Below, in pieces: positions 45,359-56,180 of a DNA stretch of 64,000 bases (position 1 is the stretch's first letter; each line of letters starts with the position of its first letter). The stretch spans positions 13,940-77,939 of the forward strand of contig JACRDG010000054.1 of assembly GCA_016218715.1 (NCBI GenBank), written 5' to 3'. The notes beneath the pieces are model-generated. The model was given only the letters and a program-made list of their open reading frames with translations. It did not search any database and had not been told where the DNA came from. This DNA comes from Desulfomonile tiedjei (GTDB lineage Bacteria > Desulfobacterota > Desulfomonilia > Desulfomonilales > Desulfomonilaceae). A program made the position numbers and the translations under genes.

Positions 45359-46321
45359 ATGAACCGACTTGCGATGGTCGTTGCCATTTGTTGTATGACG
45401 GCCTGTCTCGCTTTCGCGTCGCCGGGAGAGACACCGGAAGAAGGCCTGCAAATCCTCCTCCAGGCCAAGCAATTTCACGAAGGTTCCGGCCGTCCCAAGG
45501 ACCTCTCAAAAGCCATCCAGGGCTACCAGGAAGCTCTGCGCATCTTTGAGAAGAACGGCATTCGCCCTGGGGTGGGGGCCGCAGCCGGTGGAATGGGTAT
45601 GGCGCTCTTGGAGCGCAGGGAGTTCGAGGGAGCGATGGCACTCTTTTCGACGGCCCTCCCCATTCTCCAGGAAATGGGGCTGGAGGAGCAGCGAGGCAAA
45701 ATGCTCATGGGCATGGGGCTCGTATCCCTGGCCCAAGCCCGGCCTGACGCGGCAAGGGGATACTTCGAGAAAGCTCTTGCCATCTTCCGCAGGGTCGGCG
45801 ATGAGGGGGAACTAGCCGATGCCCTGGTCAATCTGGCCGATGCGCTCAAAAAGAGCGGGGAGCAAGAAAAGGCCCTGGAGTGCTACGAGCAATCCGCTGC
45901 GATCTTCCGCAGGCGCTTTGACTATTCCGGGGAGTTTCGCGCGCTCATGGACTTGGCCTGGCTGCTCTATTCGCGAGGCGATAATGAAAAAGCCTTGAAA
46001 TGTGTCGAGCGATCCCTCACCATTACACGCTTGTTCGACGACACTGAGCGCGAAGTGGCCGCGCTCGGGAACATCGCGGCCGTTTGTCACGAGTTGGGCC
46101 GACTGGACAAGGCCCTGAAATGTTACGAACAATCCCTCGCGCTCTGCCGGGCCTCCAAAGATCTGGCGAGCGAAAGCCGCGTCCTCGCCCTGATGGCAGA
46201 GGTCTACATGAAGCGGGACCAATACGGCAAAGGATTGTACCACCTCCTGTATCATTATTGGGTGGAGTTGAAGATCCGGAACCATGCCGGAAAAGGCATA
46301 GAGGGGGCCGAAAAGAAATGA
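45359..46321 (+). CDS. TPR-repeat protein with signal peptide
   Basis: GGGAGGGG SD. MNRLAMVVAICCMTACLAFASPG, then about seven 40-aa TPR-like units (ALxxYExALxIFRxxGD...). Confidence 0.85.
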   Translation: MNRLAMVVAICCMTACLAFASPGETPEEGLQILLQAKQFHEGSGRPKDLSKAIQGYQEALRIFEKNGIRPGVGAAAGGMGMALLERREFEGAMALFSTALPILQEMGLEEQRGKMLMGMGLVSLAQARPDAARGYFEKALAIFRRVGDEGELADALVNLADALKKSGEQEKALECYEQSAAIFRRRFDYSGEFRALMDLAWLLYSRGDNEKALKCVERSLTITRLFDDTEREVAALGNIAAVCHELGRLDKALKCYEQSLALCRASKDLASESRVLALMAEVYMKRDQYGKGLYHLLYHYWVELKIRNHAGKGIEGAEKK

Positions 46322-46476
46322 CAACAGAACCCTAGGGCTCTCCAGTTCGGTTCGTTGACCGTCCGGCCCTGGCCGGCGCGCCCGGAAAATGGCAAGGGTG
46401 GAGCCGTGGCTTCGTCAATCCCGACCAGGATTGGGGAAAGAAGCTTTGGATCTGGATCACAGCGAAGGAAAGGAAA

Positions 46477-47493
46477 ATGGAAAAGCTGTTCAATGCGTTT
46501 TTGTTCATTACGCTCGCAGCCATTTTGTCTTTCGGATCACCTGTTGTTGATCGAGCCGGTGGGGCCGATAGTTTCTTCGTCAGCGAAGGCGGTGAATCAT
46601 TGCTCGGGCCGGAGACAGATTGGGCGTCTCCGGATTCTTTTCTGACTACCGGCGTTCCCGGCAAGGCACCCACAGGGCGAGGATGGAAAACGGCCGGAAG
46701 TGCGCCTCGGTCCGATCTCACGCCGCGTCTGGTAGCGGCAGGTGGAAAGGACGATCTTGGCATCATCACGGCTCCGTCTGATGGAGCTCTGTCACCAGGG
46801 GACGGACGCAAAGTAGGCATTCCATACGAAGAGAAAAAGCGAATTGCAATTCCCGCGGCATTCGGTGCGGGGCAGGAATGTCATGCGGCTGCCTATGAGG
46901 CCGCTATTGGCGACCCGCGGGAATCATACGATCCAGCTGCGTGGTTGTGTTTCTCGTGTACCAAAGACACGAAGGCGCGGACATGCTTCGAGGCTCGATC
47001 AGCCTCCTACTCCCACCAGTTCGTACATCACCTGCCAATAGTCCCCATTTTTCCCCACAAAGAGCCGCGGGAGGGAATCCTTTTTAGTGCAACATTTTCC
47101 GGCGGAGGTAGCGGCTGGTCTGAATTCTTAACACTGTGGGTCTATCACAAAGAATGCGGGCAATTCATCAATATACTGCCGGAGATAGAGATCAGCAACC
47201 TTGGCGTTTTCAAGTTCTTGAATGGCCGCAAAGGCCGGCCCGGTGGTGTTCTGGTCGTGGCAGAGGGGATATGGGCTGAAGGAGAGATGCACTTTGACGC
47301 CCATAAATGCCTGATTAAGATCTACCGATATAGCCGCAAAGAGAAGAAATTTAAGCGTCTCGTAGGAGTCGAATTTCTGACCCAAAAGAAGTACGACTTT
47401 GATGGCTCGCCGACAACAGAGGTTATCGACGATCAGATGGACAAGATAAGGCAAATTCTTGCCCGAAGCTGTGGCAACAGAGAGATGGCTTGA
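46477..47493 (+). CDS. Secreted hypothetical protein (338 aa)
   Basis: GAAAGGAAA SD. Signal-like LFNAFLFITLAAILSFGSPV. I recognise no motif. Confidence 0.65.
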   Translation: MEKLFNAFLFITLAAILSFGSPVVDRAGGADSFFVSEGGESLLGPETDWASPDSFLTTGVPGKAPTGRGWKTAGSAPRSDLTPRLVAAGGKDDLGIITAPSDGALSPGDGRKVGIPYEEKKRIAIPAAFGAGQECHAAAYEAAIGDPRESYDPAAWLCFSCTKDTKARTCFEARSASYSHQFVHHLPIVPIFPHKEPREGILFSATFSGGGSGWSEFLTLWVYHKECGQFINILPEIEISNLGVFKFLNGRKGRPGGVLVVAEGIWAEGEMHFDAHKCLIKIYRYSRKEKKFKRLVGVEFLTQKKYDFDGSPTTEVIDDQMDKIRQILARSCGNREMA

Positions 47494-47547
47494 CTCAAGC
47501 CTGGAGACAAAGGGAAAAGTGTTTACACAAAGAAGTTCCCCCCGATA

Positions 47548-48084
47548 TTACTCCTTTGAAGGTCCAAGCTGCTCCCGGCATCGGATAAAGCCTACGGACT
47601 TCATGGTCATTACCACTTCACCGTGCTGGTTCCTCGCCTCGGCAAAGACGCGAATGGACCCCTGATCGGGTTTTGATTGAGAGCGCTGGGCATCGAGGAC
47701 GGTGACGCGGAGCGAAAGCGTGTCTCCCGGCCGGACAGGCTTGAGCCAGCGCAATTCGTCCACACCGGGTGACCCGAGACTCGCCTCGCGAGACACGAAA
47801 TGGTCGACCAGGAGCCGCATGGCCTGGCTCGCGGTGTACCAACCGCTGGCGATCAAACCGCCGTACACGGACTTCTTCGCAGCCGCAGGATCGGTATGAA
47901 ACGGTTGTGGATCGAAGCGCCGAGCGAAGGCGATCATGTCGGCTTCGTCGAGCGTGACACAGCCGAACTCAAGAACCTCGCCAGCGACGTAGTCCTCGAA
48001 ATATCGGTCCGTGGGCGCAGCGCCGGGCGACGGCGCCTCCGCAGTGGGCTTGCATCCGGTCGATCCGTCGGTTTTTATCTCCAT
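47548..48084 (-). CDS. MaoC-like (R)-hydratase / hotdog-fold protein
   Basis: [30 protein letters not shown]...[20 protein letters not shown]. Confidence 0.85.
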   Translation of the reverse strand: MEIKTDGSTGCKPTAEAPSPGAAPTDRYFEDYVAGEVLEFGCVTLDEADMIAFARRFDPQPFHTDPAAAKKSVYGGLIASGWYTASQAMRLLVDHFVSREASLGSPGVDELRWLKPVRPGDTLSLRVTVLDAQRSQSKPDQGSIRVFAEARNQHGEVVMTMKSVGFIRCREQLGPSKE

Positions 48085-48468
48085 AACCTCTCCCTCAGCG
48101 ATCCACCCTTTGATTCGTCACGCGTGACCAATTCGAGACTACAAGCCTCCAGCCTGGTGGTTCGTTCGTAAATTGAAGCCTGGATCCCACTATACCACAT
48201 CGGGCCTGCTACTTGTCCAAAGATTCCGGCTCATTTTAGACCGTGCAAAATGTAAAGTATAATTGAATCAGGAAGATAGAAAACTGCCGGAGGTTTGGGT
48301 TCACGCGGACCCTTGGGTGTGGCGGCGGCGTGGAGCGCTGCCACGGCTCCACTGGCCCGCTCAGGGAAATCTCGGCCTCGCCGGAACTTTCGCGGGCAAC
48401 CATTTGTCGTATTGGTTTATAATCAGTATTTACTTGTACCTTGCTGTAGATGTGACACGAGGTGAGGG

Positions 48469-49464
48469 TTGGGCGGCAACAAAGCGCGAGACATGGTGCT
48501 GGCCGGTGACATCGGCGGGACCAAGACACGTCTGGGCCTGTTCAGTTGTACGGAAAGGCTCCCTCAGGCCTTGGCCATCGAATCGTATTCCAGCCAGGTG
48601 GCTTCAGGCCTAGAAGAGATGATCGCTCATTTTCTCTCGAGGCACGACGGACCGATTTCCGCGGCATGCTTCGGCATTGCAGGCCCCGTCATCGATGGCC
48701 GGTGCAAGGTGACCAATTTGGCGTGGGAGGCTTCTGAAGAGGAAATCCGGCGGCAATTCACGTGGAAAAATGTGCACTTGATCAATGACTTGAGCGCCAC
48801 CGGCCTCGCGATTCCGCTTCTTGACGACGCTGACCTGTTTCCGTTGAATCCCGCGGGACCGGAACCGCGCGGGACTGTCGGGCTCGTTGCGCCGGGCACC
48901 GGCCTGGGCATTTCGCTGCTTGTCAGGCAAGACGGCCGACTGATTCCGATACCTTCTGAAGGGGGCCATGTCGATTTTGCTCCCCGCACTGAGGAGGAAT
49001 TCGAGCTGTGGCGTTATCTCCGCCGGGATCGCGACCACGTCAGTGTGGAACAGATCGTTTCAGGACCCGGCATACTCGCAATTTACTCCTGGCTCAAGGA
49101 ACGTGAAGAGCACGAGGAACCGGAGTGGCTCCGAGACAAAATGGAGCTTGTCGAGCCGCCGATCGCGATTTCGGAAGCGGCCGTTCAAGAGAGAGAGCCT
49201 TTGTGCGTGGAAACCCTGAATTACTTCGTATCGATTCTCGGCGCAACCGCGGGGAACGTGGCTCTGACCGGCATGACCACCGGGGGAATGTATCTGGGAG
49301 GCGGTATATGCCCGAAGATCTTGCCTAAACTGCAAGAGAACATATTTATGGAAGCCTTTACGGACAAGGGACGGTTCAGGGATCTGCTCTCGGGCATGGC
49401 GATTCGCGTCATCCTCGACGATAAGGCCGCCCTGTTGGGCGCGGCATGGTGTGCGTGCCAATAA
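48469..49464 (+). CDS. glk: Glucokinase
   Basis: LAGDIGGTKTRLGLF (ROK/Glk ATP-binding motif), INDLSATG and EGGHVDFAP. Start is TTG 48469 (after GAGGTGAGGG) or ATG 48493. Confidence 0.85.
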   Translation: MGGNKARDMVLAGDIGGTKTRLGLFSCTERLPQALAIESYSSQVASGLEEMIAHFLSRHDGPISAACFGIAGPVIDGRCKVTNLAWEASEEEIRRQFTWKNVHLINDLSATGLAIPLLDDADLFPLNPAGPEPRGTVGLVAPGTGLGISLLVRQDGRLIPIPSEGGHVDFAPRTEEEFELWRYLRRDRDHVSVEQIVSGPGILAIYSWLKEREEHEEPEWLRDKMELVEPPIAISEAAVQEREPLCVETLNYFVSILGATAGNVALTGMTTGGMYLGGGICPKILPKLQENIFMEAFTDKGRFRDLLSGMAIRVILDDKAALLGAAWCACQ

Positions 49465-49548
49465 CCGGCAAGGTGGGTGCTGAAACGATTTCGCACTGAG
49501 ACGGGAAAGGTGGCCAACCCTAACCCTGTCGCAAAAGGAGTGGGAAAT

Positions 49549-49571
49549 CACCGGCAAGATGCCGGCGCCAC
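49549..49571 (-). repeat. Copy of the 23-nt hairpin motif in the glk-zwf spacer
   Basis: CACCGGCAAGATGCCGGCGCCAC is the reverse complement of GTGGCGCCGGCATCTTGCCGGTG. Confidence 0.5.
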
Positions 49572-49688
49572 TAAGAGTCTCCGCTCCCTCCGGGAGGGGG
49601 ACAGGGTGAGGGCATCAGGATTCCTCGTTGGACAGAACGATCGTAAGAAGCCCTCGCTGCGGTGCCAGGGTGTTGGATAGGGGGACTC

Positions 49689-51254
49689 ATGGATCTTACG
49701 GATCGAAAGCAGGAGAAACCGGTCGCAGTGGCCGAAAGCCACGTACCCGATCTGAAGGTTTCCCGCCAGGGCTGCCTTGCAGAACAACCGCCGGAGCCGT
49801 GCATCATAGTCATTTTCGGCGTCACCGGAGACCTGGCTTCACGGAAACTCGCTCCTGCTTTTTACAAATTGTATTTGTCGGGTGGTCTCCCGTCTCGGTT
49901 TGCAATAGTAGGGTGTGCGCGTCACCCGATGGATCACGATCAGTTCAGAGAGCACATCAAGAAAGCAGTCGGGGAGTCCGATAAAGCTCGGTGGGAGGAA
50001 TTTGCCGCGTCTCTTTTCTATCACCGACTTCACTTCGACTCGGCAGATTCATATGCCGAACTTGGGGAAATGTTGCATGCGCTGGATGAACAGCATTCGC
50101 TGGGCGGCAATAAGATATTCTATTTGGCGGTGCCTCCGTCGCTGTACAAGGATACCGCGCGGATGCTGGGTGAGGCGGGCTTTTCCCGGGAAGGTGTCGG
50201 CGGCAACGGATGGGCGAGACTGGTGGTGGAGAAGCCGTTTGGGCGGGATCTGCCAACGGCCGTGGACCTGAACGTCAGCCTTCAACAGCACTGGCAAGAG
50301 CGCCAGATCTTCAGAATAGATCATTACATTGCCAAGGAGACCGTCCAGAATGTACTTATGTTTCGCTTCGCCAACACCATTTTCGAACCTCTGTGGAACC
50401 GTATGTTCATAGATCGCGTCTTCATTAGTGCAGCCGAGTCTCTGGGAGTGGAGAAGCGGGCCGCGTACTACGAAGACGCGGGTGTCTTGCGGGATATGTT
50501 CCAGAACCACATGATGCAACTGCTCGCGGTGACCGCCATGGAGCCCCCTTCCCGCTTCGAGGCAGAACCGGTGAGAGATGAAAAATCCAAGGTGTTCGGC
50601 TGCTTGATGCCTTTCCAGCTCGGCTCTATCGACGAAAACCTCGTCCTGGGCCAATACGGTCCGGGGACGATAGACGGCATCCAAGTTCCCGGATATCGGG
50701 AGGAGCCGGGAGTGAACTCGGAGTCTGCCACACCAACGTTTGCGATGATGAGAGTTTTCGTGGGCAACTGGCGCTGGGAAGGGGTTCCCTTTTACCTCAT
50801 GTCCGGGAAGAGGCTCGAGCGGAAGGTGACGGAGATCGTAATCCACTTCAAACAGGTTCCGCACCTCCTCTTCACGAGGGTGCTGGAAGACAGGATCACC
50901 CCGAACGTTTTGACCCTGGGTATTCAGCCGGATGAAAAGATAACCCTGACGTTTGAGACGAAGAACCCCGGGGCGACCATCTGCCTCCGGTCGGTCACTA
51001 TGGACTTCAATTACGCGCAGAATTATGGCGGCCCGACCCTGGATGCTTACGAAAAAGCGCTCCTTGACTGCATGCAGGGCGATCAAACCCTATTATGGAG
51101 ACAGGACGCCGTGGAAATGTGCTGGTCCTTTCTCGACCCGGTTCTGGAATGGTGCGAGACGTGCGCGCCCGAGGAACGGTGCCTGTTGCCCTATGAGGCA
51201 GGGAGTTGGGGACCGGAGACAGCGGAAATATGGCCGAATCGACGGACGCGGTGA
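49689..51254 (+). CDS. zwf: Glucose-6-phosphate 1-dehydrogenase
   Basis: ATG 49689 follows AGGGGGA. Motifs IFGVTGDLASRKL, RIDHYIAKE and LRDMFQNHMMQLL. Confidence 0.92.
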   Translation: MDLTDRKQEKPVAVAESHVPDLKVSRQGCLAEQPPEPCIIVIFGVTGDLASRKLAPAFYKLYLSGGLPSRFAIVGCARHPMDHDQFREHIKKAVGESDKARWEEFAASLFYHRLHFDSADSYAELGEMLHALDEQHSLGGNKIFYLAVPPSLYKDTARMLGEAGFSREGVGGNGWARLVVEKPFGRDLPTAVDLNVSLQQHWQERQIFRIDHYIAKETVQNVLMFRFANTIFEPLWNRMFIDRVFISAAESLGVEKRAAYYEDAGVLRDMFQNHMMQLLAVTAMEPPSRFEAEPVRDEKSKVFGCLMPFQLGSIDENLVLGQYGPGTIDGIQVPGYREEPGVNSESATPTFAMMRVFVGNWRWEGVPFYLMSGKRLERKVTEIVIHFKQVPHLLFTRVLEDRITPNVLTLGIQPDEKITLTFETKNPGATICLRSVTMDFNYAQNYGGPTLDAYEKALLDCMQGDQTLLWRQDAVEMCWSFLDPVLEWCETCAPEERCLLPYEAGSWGPETAEIWPNRRTR

Positions 51255-51305
51255 GCGTGTTTTAAGCGCTCGCCCTTCCTTTGGTACAGGCCGAGAGGGG
51301 GGCAT

Positions 51306-53327
51306 GTGAACTCGGAAGAACTGGATCGGTTGTGTATCGATACATTACGCTTTCTGGCTGTAGATGCGGTGCAGAAGGCTGAATCGGGGCATCCCGGATT
51401 GCCGCTCGGATCCGCGCCCATGTTCTATGTCGTGTGGGATCGGTTCCTCAAATACAACCCGGAAAATCCGCAATGGCCCAACAGGGATCGATTCGTTCTC
51501 TCCGCGGGCCATGGGTGTGCGTTACTCTACGCGATGCTGCATGTGGCCGGGTTTGATCTGTCTCTGGAAGAACTGCAGCGATTTCGCCAGTGGGAGAGCC
51601 GAACGCCAGGTCACCCCGAATACGGGAAGACCCCGGGGGTTGAAGCCACCACGGGTCCTCTCGGGCAGGGGCTTGCTAATGCCGTCGGTATGGCCATAGC
51701 TGAGACGGCCCTTGCCGCGCGCTTTAACCGGCCGGATTTTGCGATAGTCGACCATTACACGTACGTGGAAGCGAGCGACGGCGACCTCATGGAAGGGGTC
51801 TCCTCGGAAGCAGCCTCTTTGGCCGGGCACTTACGACTGGGCAAGCTCATCGTGCTCTACGACGACAATCATATCAGCATCGAAGGCAGCACAAACCTGG
51901 CATTTACCGAGAATCGGGTCGCACGCTTTGCCGCGTTCGGATGGCACGCCCAGCAAGTGGCCGACGGAAACGAACTTCCCGCAATCCACGCCGCTCTGGA
52001 AGCTGCCCGCGAAAACAGGGATCAACCCTCCTTTATCGCCGTGCACAGCCATATCGGATTCGGCAGTCCGCACAAGCAGGATACCGCCGAGGCTCATGGC
52101 GAGCCTCTGGGAGAGAAAGAAGTCCGTCTGACAAAATTGAACCTCGGGTGGCCCACAGAGCCGCCCTTTTACGTTCCCGACGAAGCGCGGGATCATTTTC
52201 GGCAGGCAATCGATCGCGGGAAAAGGCACCAGGCCGAATGGGAAAGCCTCTTTCAAAGCTATTCGGATCGACATCCCGAACTGGCTGCCAAATTTCATCG
52301 AGTGATGCAGCGAAAACTTCCCGCCAACTGGGACAGCCGTGTTCCGAAATTTACCGTGGATCAGGGGCCGATGGCGACCCGCGTGGCTTCCGGAAAGGCA
52401 CTCAATGCAATCGCTCCTTTCTTGCCCGAACTGATGGGTGGCTCGGCAGATCTGGCCCCCAGCACCAAAACTCTTATGGCAGGCGCGGGTGACTTTGAGG
52501 CAGACGACCGTTTCGCGCGAAATATTCACTTTGGCGTCCGTGAACACGCAATGGGAAGCATTGCCAATGGGCTGGCGCTGCATGGCGGCATCATTCCCTA
52601 CGCCGCGACGTTTCTCATTTTCAGCGATTACATGCGGCCCCCCATCCGCCTTGCCGCCTTGACCGATCTCCACGTCATCTACGTCTTTACCCATGACAGT
52701 ATCGGGCTGGGCGAAGATGGTCCCACGCATCAGCCTGTCGAGCAATTGCTGGGGCTGCGAGCCATTCCGAACATGGTCGTCATTCGTCCCGCGGACGCCA
52801 ACGAAACGGCAGCAGCGTGGAGGATTGCCATTCAGCGACCCGGACCGGTCGCTCTGGCGCTGACCCGGCAGAATTTGCCGGTCCTGGACTCGGCTATTTA
52901 TGCCGGCGTCCTCGAAGGGGTTCAGCGTGGCGGATACCTCCTCGCTGAAGCGCCAAATGGCGGCAGGCCGGACATCGTGCTGGTCGCGTCCGGATCGGAA
53001 GTCCACCTGGCGATCGAGGCCCGAGAGAAGTTGCTCCAAGACGGTGTACGTTGCCGAGTGGTGAGCCTCCCCAGTTGGAACCTGTTTGACGAACAGAGCG
53101 AGGAATATCGCAGCGGTCTGTTCCCGTCGGATGTGCCGGTCCTCGCGATCGAGGCGGGAGTCTCTCTCGGATGGAGGCCGTATCTGGGGCGAGGCGTTGA
53201 CGTCATCGCTGTGGACCGCTTCGGGGCTTCAGCTCCAGGGAAAAAGAATATGCAGGAATATGGCTTTACCGTGGAGAACATCTGCGAACGGGCCTTCAAA
53301 TTGCTGAAGCACTCTCAGAAAACATGA
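51306..53327 (+). CDS. tkt: Transketolase
   Basis: Motifs [34 protein letters not shown] and [19 protein letters not shown] start after GAGAGGGGGG. Confidence 0.95.
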   Translation: MNSEELDRLCIDTLRFLAVDAVQKAESGHPGLPLGSAPMFYVVWDRFLKYNPENPQWPNRDRFVLSAGHGCALLYAMLHVAGFDLSLEELQRFRQWESRTPGHPEYGKTPGVEATTGPLGQGLANAVGMAIAETALAARFNRPDFAIVDHYTYVEASDGDLMEGVSSEAASLAGHLRLGKLIVLYDDNHISIEGSTNLAFTENRVARFAAFGWHAQQVADGNELPAIHAALEAARENRDQPSFIAVHSHIGFGSPHKQDTAEAHGEPLGEKEVRLTKLNLGWPTEPPFYVPDEARDHFRQAIDRGKRHQAEWESLFQSYSDRHPELAAKFHRVMQRKLPANWDSRVPKFTVDQGPMATRVASGKALNAIAPFLPELMGGSADLAPSTKTLMAGAGDFEADDRFARNIHFGVREHAMGSIANGLALHGGIIPYAATFLIFSDYMRPPIRLAALTDLHVIYVFTHDSIGLGEDGPTHQPVEQLLGLRAIPNMVVIRPADANETAAAWRIAIQRPGPVALALTRQNLPVLDSAIYAGVLEGVQRGGYLLAEAPNGGRPDIVLVASGSEVHLAIEAREKLLQDGVRCRVVSLPSWNLFDEQSEEYRSGLFPSDVPVLAIEAGVSLGWRPYLGRGVDVIAVDRFGASAPGKKNMQEYGFTVENICERAFKLLKHSQKT

Positions 53328-53484
53328 GGGGCGGTAACATGGAGGTATCCGTTTACCGGGTCAACGGTAGTCCCGCGAAATCACGATGGGGGAGGTTTGG
53401 AGGGGGAGATGGTCTCTCCCTCCATCCTCACCGGTCGCAGAGCCGCCTCAAGCCCGGTGAACGATTACAAATGGAGGAACATGA

Positions 53485-54609
53485 ATGAGCAATAATCCGT
53501 TACTCAAGATACAGGGATTTGGCCAGAGCATCTGGCTGGATTTCATCAGCCGGAACATGCTGACGTCGGGCGAACTCAAGCGACTCATCGAAGACGACGG
53601 ATTGCGGGGGGTCACGTCCAATCCTGCCATTTTCGAGAAGGCGATAACCGGCAGCAACGATTACCAGCCCGCGATCGTTTCCCTGGCTCGGGAAGGCAAA
53701 CGACCTGAAGAGATCTACGAGGTCCTGGCGATTGACGACGTCCGGCAAGCTGCTGACAGCTTTCAAGGCGTCTTCACCTCATTGAACGGCAGCGACGGCT
53801 TTGTGAGCCTGGAGTGTTCACCCGATCTGGCGCGCGACACCGAGGCAACCATTCAGGAGGCCCGTCATTTGTGGGCCGCTCTGGACAGACCGAATGTTTT
53901 CATCAAGGTCCCCGGCACGAAGGAAGGCCTCCCGGCCATCCGGAAACTCATCAGCGAAGGGATCAACGTGAATGTGACGTTGCTCTTCGGCCTGGACCGA
54001 TACCGCGAGGTAGCCGAAGCCTATATAGCAGGTCTCGAAGACCGCGTGGCTGCCGGGCGTCCAGTGGACCACGTGGCATCCGTAGCGAGTTTCTTCCTCA
54101 GTCGGATCGATCTGCTGGTCGACCCCGTGCTCGAAGAGGTGATAAACAAGGGAGGGCCGCAGGGTGAAGTGGCAAATCTCGCCCATGGCGAGGTCGCGAT
54201 AGCAAGCGCGCGGGTCGCCTATCAGATCTACAAAGAGGTGATCTCGGGCGAAAGATTTCGCAAGCTGGCTGACAGAGGGGCGCGGCCGCAACGGGTGCTC
54301 TGGGCGAGCACGAGCACCAAGAATCCAGCGTACAGCGACATCAAATACGTCGAAGCCCTTATCGGCCCGGAAACGGTCAATACCCTCCCCCAGGAAACCC
54401 TGAACGCGTATCGCGATCACGGCAAGCCGGCTGCTCGGCTTGAACAAGGCCTAGAACAGGCCAGGCAGGTCCTGGACCGTTTGCCCGAAGTCGGCATCGA
54501 CCTGGGGAAGGTAACCCAGCAACTGGAAGACGAGGGGATCGAAAAATTCAGCAAGCCGTTCCACACGTTGCTGCAGGCGCTCGACAAGATCCGGAGAGAG
54601 GCTTTGTAA
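53485..54609 (+). CDS. tal: Transaldolase (long, ~370-aa type)
   Basis: GGAGGA SD. Motifs GQSIWLDFISR, GVTSNPAIFEKAI and FIKVPGTKEGLPAI. Confidence 0.9.
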   Translation: MSNNPLLKIQGFGQSIWLDFISRNMLTSGELKRLIEDDGLRGVTSNPAIFEKAITGSNDYQPAIVSLAREGKRPEEIYEVLAIDDVRQAADSFQGVFTSLNGSDGFVSLECSPDLARDTEATIQEARHLWAALDRPNVFIKVPGTKEGLPAIRKLISEGINVNVTLLFGLDRYREVAEAYIAGLEDRVAAGRPVDHVASVASFFLSRIDLLVDPVLEEVINKGGPQGEVANLAHGEVAIASARVAYQIYKEVISGERFRKLADRGARPQRVLWASTSTKNPAYSDIKYVEALIGPETVNTLPQETLNAYRDHGKPAARLEQGLEQARQVLDRLPEVGIDLGKVTQQLEDEGIEKFSKPFHTLLQALDKIRREAL

Positions 54610-54741
54610 GTCCGATAGTTCGAGAGGCAATGCTCGCGGCTGAGGTATCCGTGCGGAAAACTTCCAAGCCGCGCTTGAAAAGAGGGCAATCCATTTGAGC
54701 CCTCTCAGAACACTTGTAACGGGAGGGGTGGAGGAGTTTCC

Positions 54742-56157
54742 ATGGACGATGCGACCTACGATATTGGGATGGCCGGACTGGGTGTCATGGGCCGTAACCT
54801 TGCCCTGAACATGGCGGACAATGGCTTCGCAGTCGTGGGGTACAATCGGCACCCGGACAAAGTTTCTGAATTCGAGGGCGAGGCCGCGGGTCGAAAGGTT
54901 CTGGGCGCTCGATCCATCCCGGAGCTGGTGGCCCCGTTGCAAAAGCCTCGGGCAGTGATGCTGATGGTCCCCGCGGGCGCGGCGGTGGATGAGATGATCG
55001 GCGAGCTTCTCCCACACCTGGAGCCGGGAGATTTGATCGTGGACGGCGGGAACTCGCATTACCGGGACACCGATAGGCGTGCCAAGACATTGGCTGACAA
55101 GGGTATACAATTTCTGGGAGTGGGCATTTCGGGCGGAGAGCACGGAGCGCGCTTCGGGCCGAGCATGATGCCCGGCGGGCACAGAGATGCGTACGAGCGG
55201 GTGCAACCAATTTTTGAGGTGATTGCGGCCAAGGTGAGCGGGGACCCGTGCGTCACCTACCTGGGGCCCGGTTCCGCAGGTCATTACGTCAAGATGGTGC
55301 ACAACGGGATTGAATACGGGCTCATGCAGCTCATTGCAGAAACCTACGACCTGATGAAACGGGGTCTCCGCCTGAACAACGACGAGTTGGCCGATGTTTA
55401 CCACGAGTGGAACCAGTGGGAGTTGCAATCGTTCCTGGTGGAGATTACCTCGGACATATTCAGGCGCGCCGATGCGAGTACGGACGGACGAGTCATAGAC
55501 AAGATCCTCGACAAAGCCCATCAGAAAGGGACTGGCAAGTGGACTTCCCAGGACGCCATGGACCTGCAGGTGCCGGTACCGACGATAGACACTGCGGTGT
55601 CGATGCGGGACATGTCCACGCTTAAGGCACAACGGAAGGTCGCAGCCGAACGGCTCGTGGGGCCGGCCCCGGAGTGCGATGCGGATAAGCGGCAAGTAAC
55701 CGAACTACTTCGCAGCGCCCTCTATGCAGCCATGATCGTGACCTACGCTCAGGGCATGGCCTTGCTAAGAGCGGCATCGGATACATACGGGTACGAGCTC
55801 CGACTTCATGATGTGGCTCGAGTCTGGCGCGGGGGCTGCATTATTCGCGCGCGATTGCTGGATGACATACAGGCGGCATTCGAGGCCCAACCTGACTTGC
55901 CCAACCTGCTCGTCCACGTGACCTTTGAAAAGGCGATACTCGATCGGCAGGGAGCCTTACGCAAAGTTGCCCAGACCGCGGTAGTTTGCGGTCTTCCGGC
56001 TCCTGGACTGATGGCCTCTCTCGCCTACTTCGACGCATTCCGCAGCAGCTGGTTGCCGGCTAATTTGCTCCAGGCGCAACGCGACTATTTTGGCTCGCAT
56101 ACGTACGAACGAATCGATAAGTCGGGCTTTTTTCACACCATGTGGGAACAGGTGTGA
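54742..56157 (+). CDS. gnd: 6-phosphogluconate dehydrogenase, decarboxylating
   Basis: Motifs IGMAGLGVMGRNLALN, GGNSHYRDT, GVGISGGEHGAR and VKMVHNGIEYGLMQ. Confidence 0.95.
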   Translation: MDDATYDIGMAGLGVMGRNLALNMADNGFAVVGYNRHPDKVSEFEGEAAGRKVLGARSIPELVAPLQKPRAVMLMVPAGAAVDEMIGELLPHLEPGDLIVDGGNSHYRDTDRRAKTLADKGIQFLGVGISGGEHGARFGPSMMPGGHRDAYERVQPIFEVIAAKVSGDPCVTYLGPGSAGHYVKMVHNGIEYGLMQLIAETYDLMKRGLRLNNDELADVYHEWNQWELQSFLVEITSDIFRRADASTDGRVIDKILDKAHQKGTGKWTSQDAMDLQVPVPTIDTAVSMRDMSTLKAQRKVAAERLVGPAPECDADKRQVTELLRSALYAAMIVTYAQGMALLRAASDTYGYELRLHDVARVWRGGCIIRARLLDDIQAAFEAQPDLPNLLVHVTFEKAILDRQGALRKVAQTAVVCGLPAPGLMASLAYFDAFRSSWLPANLLQAQRDYFGSHTYERIDKSGFFHTMWEQV

Positions 56158-56180
56158 CTGCAGAGTGGAACGCCATAGGC

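Noticed and set aside
48418-48423. Perfect TATAAT upstream of glk
   Set aside because: No acceptable -35 box lies at 16-18 nt; TTGTCG is only 8 nt away. This is too weak to call a promoter.
50049-55695. Long antisense ORFs (345, 402 and 414 aa) opposite zwf, tkt and gnd
   Set aside because: The opposite strand encodes unmistakable PPP enzymes. The antisense products are Arg/Pro/Gly-rich with no motifs, which is typical of shadow ORFs in GC-rich DNA. The same reasoning applies to 43109..44341, 30004..31377, 28501..29283, 33691..34539, 37871..39243, 20333..21121 and 58339..61077.
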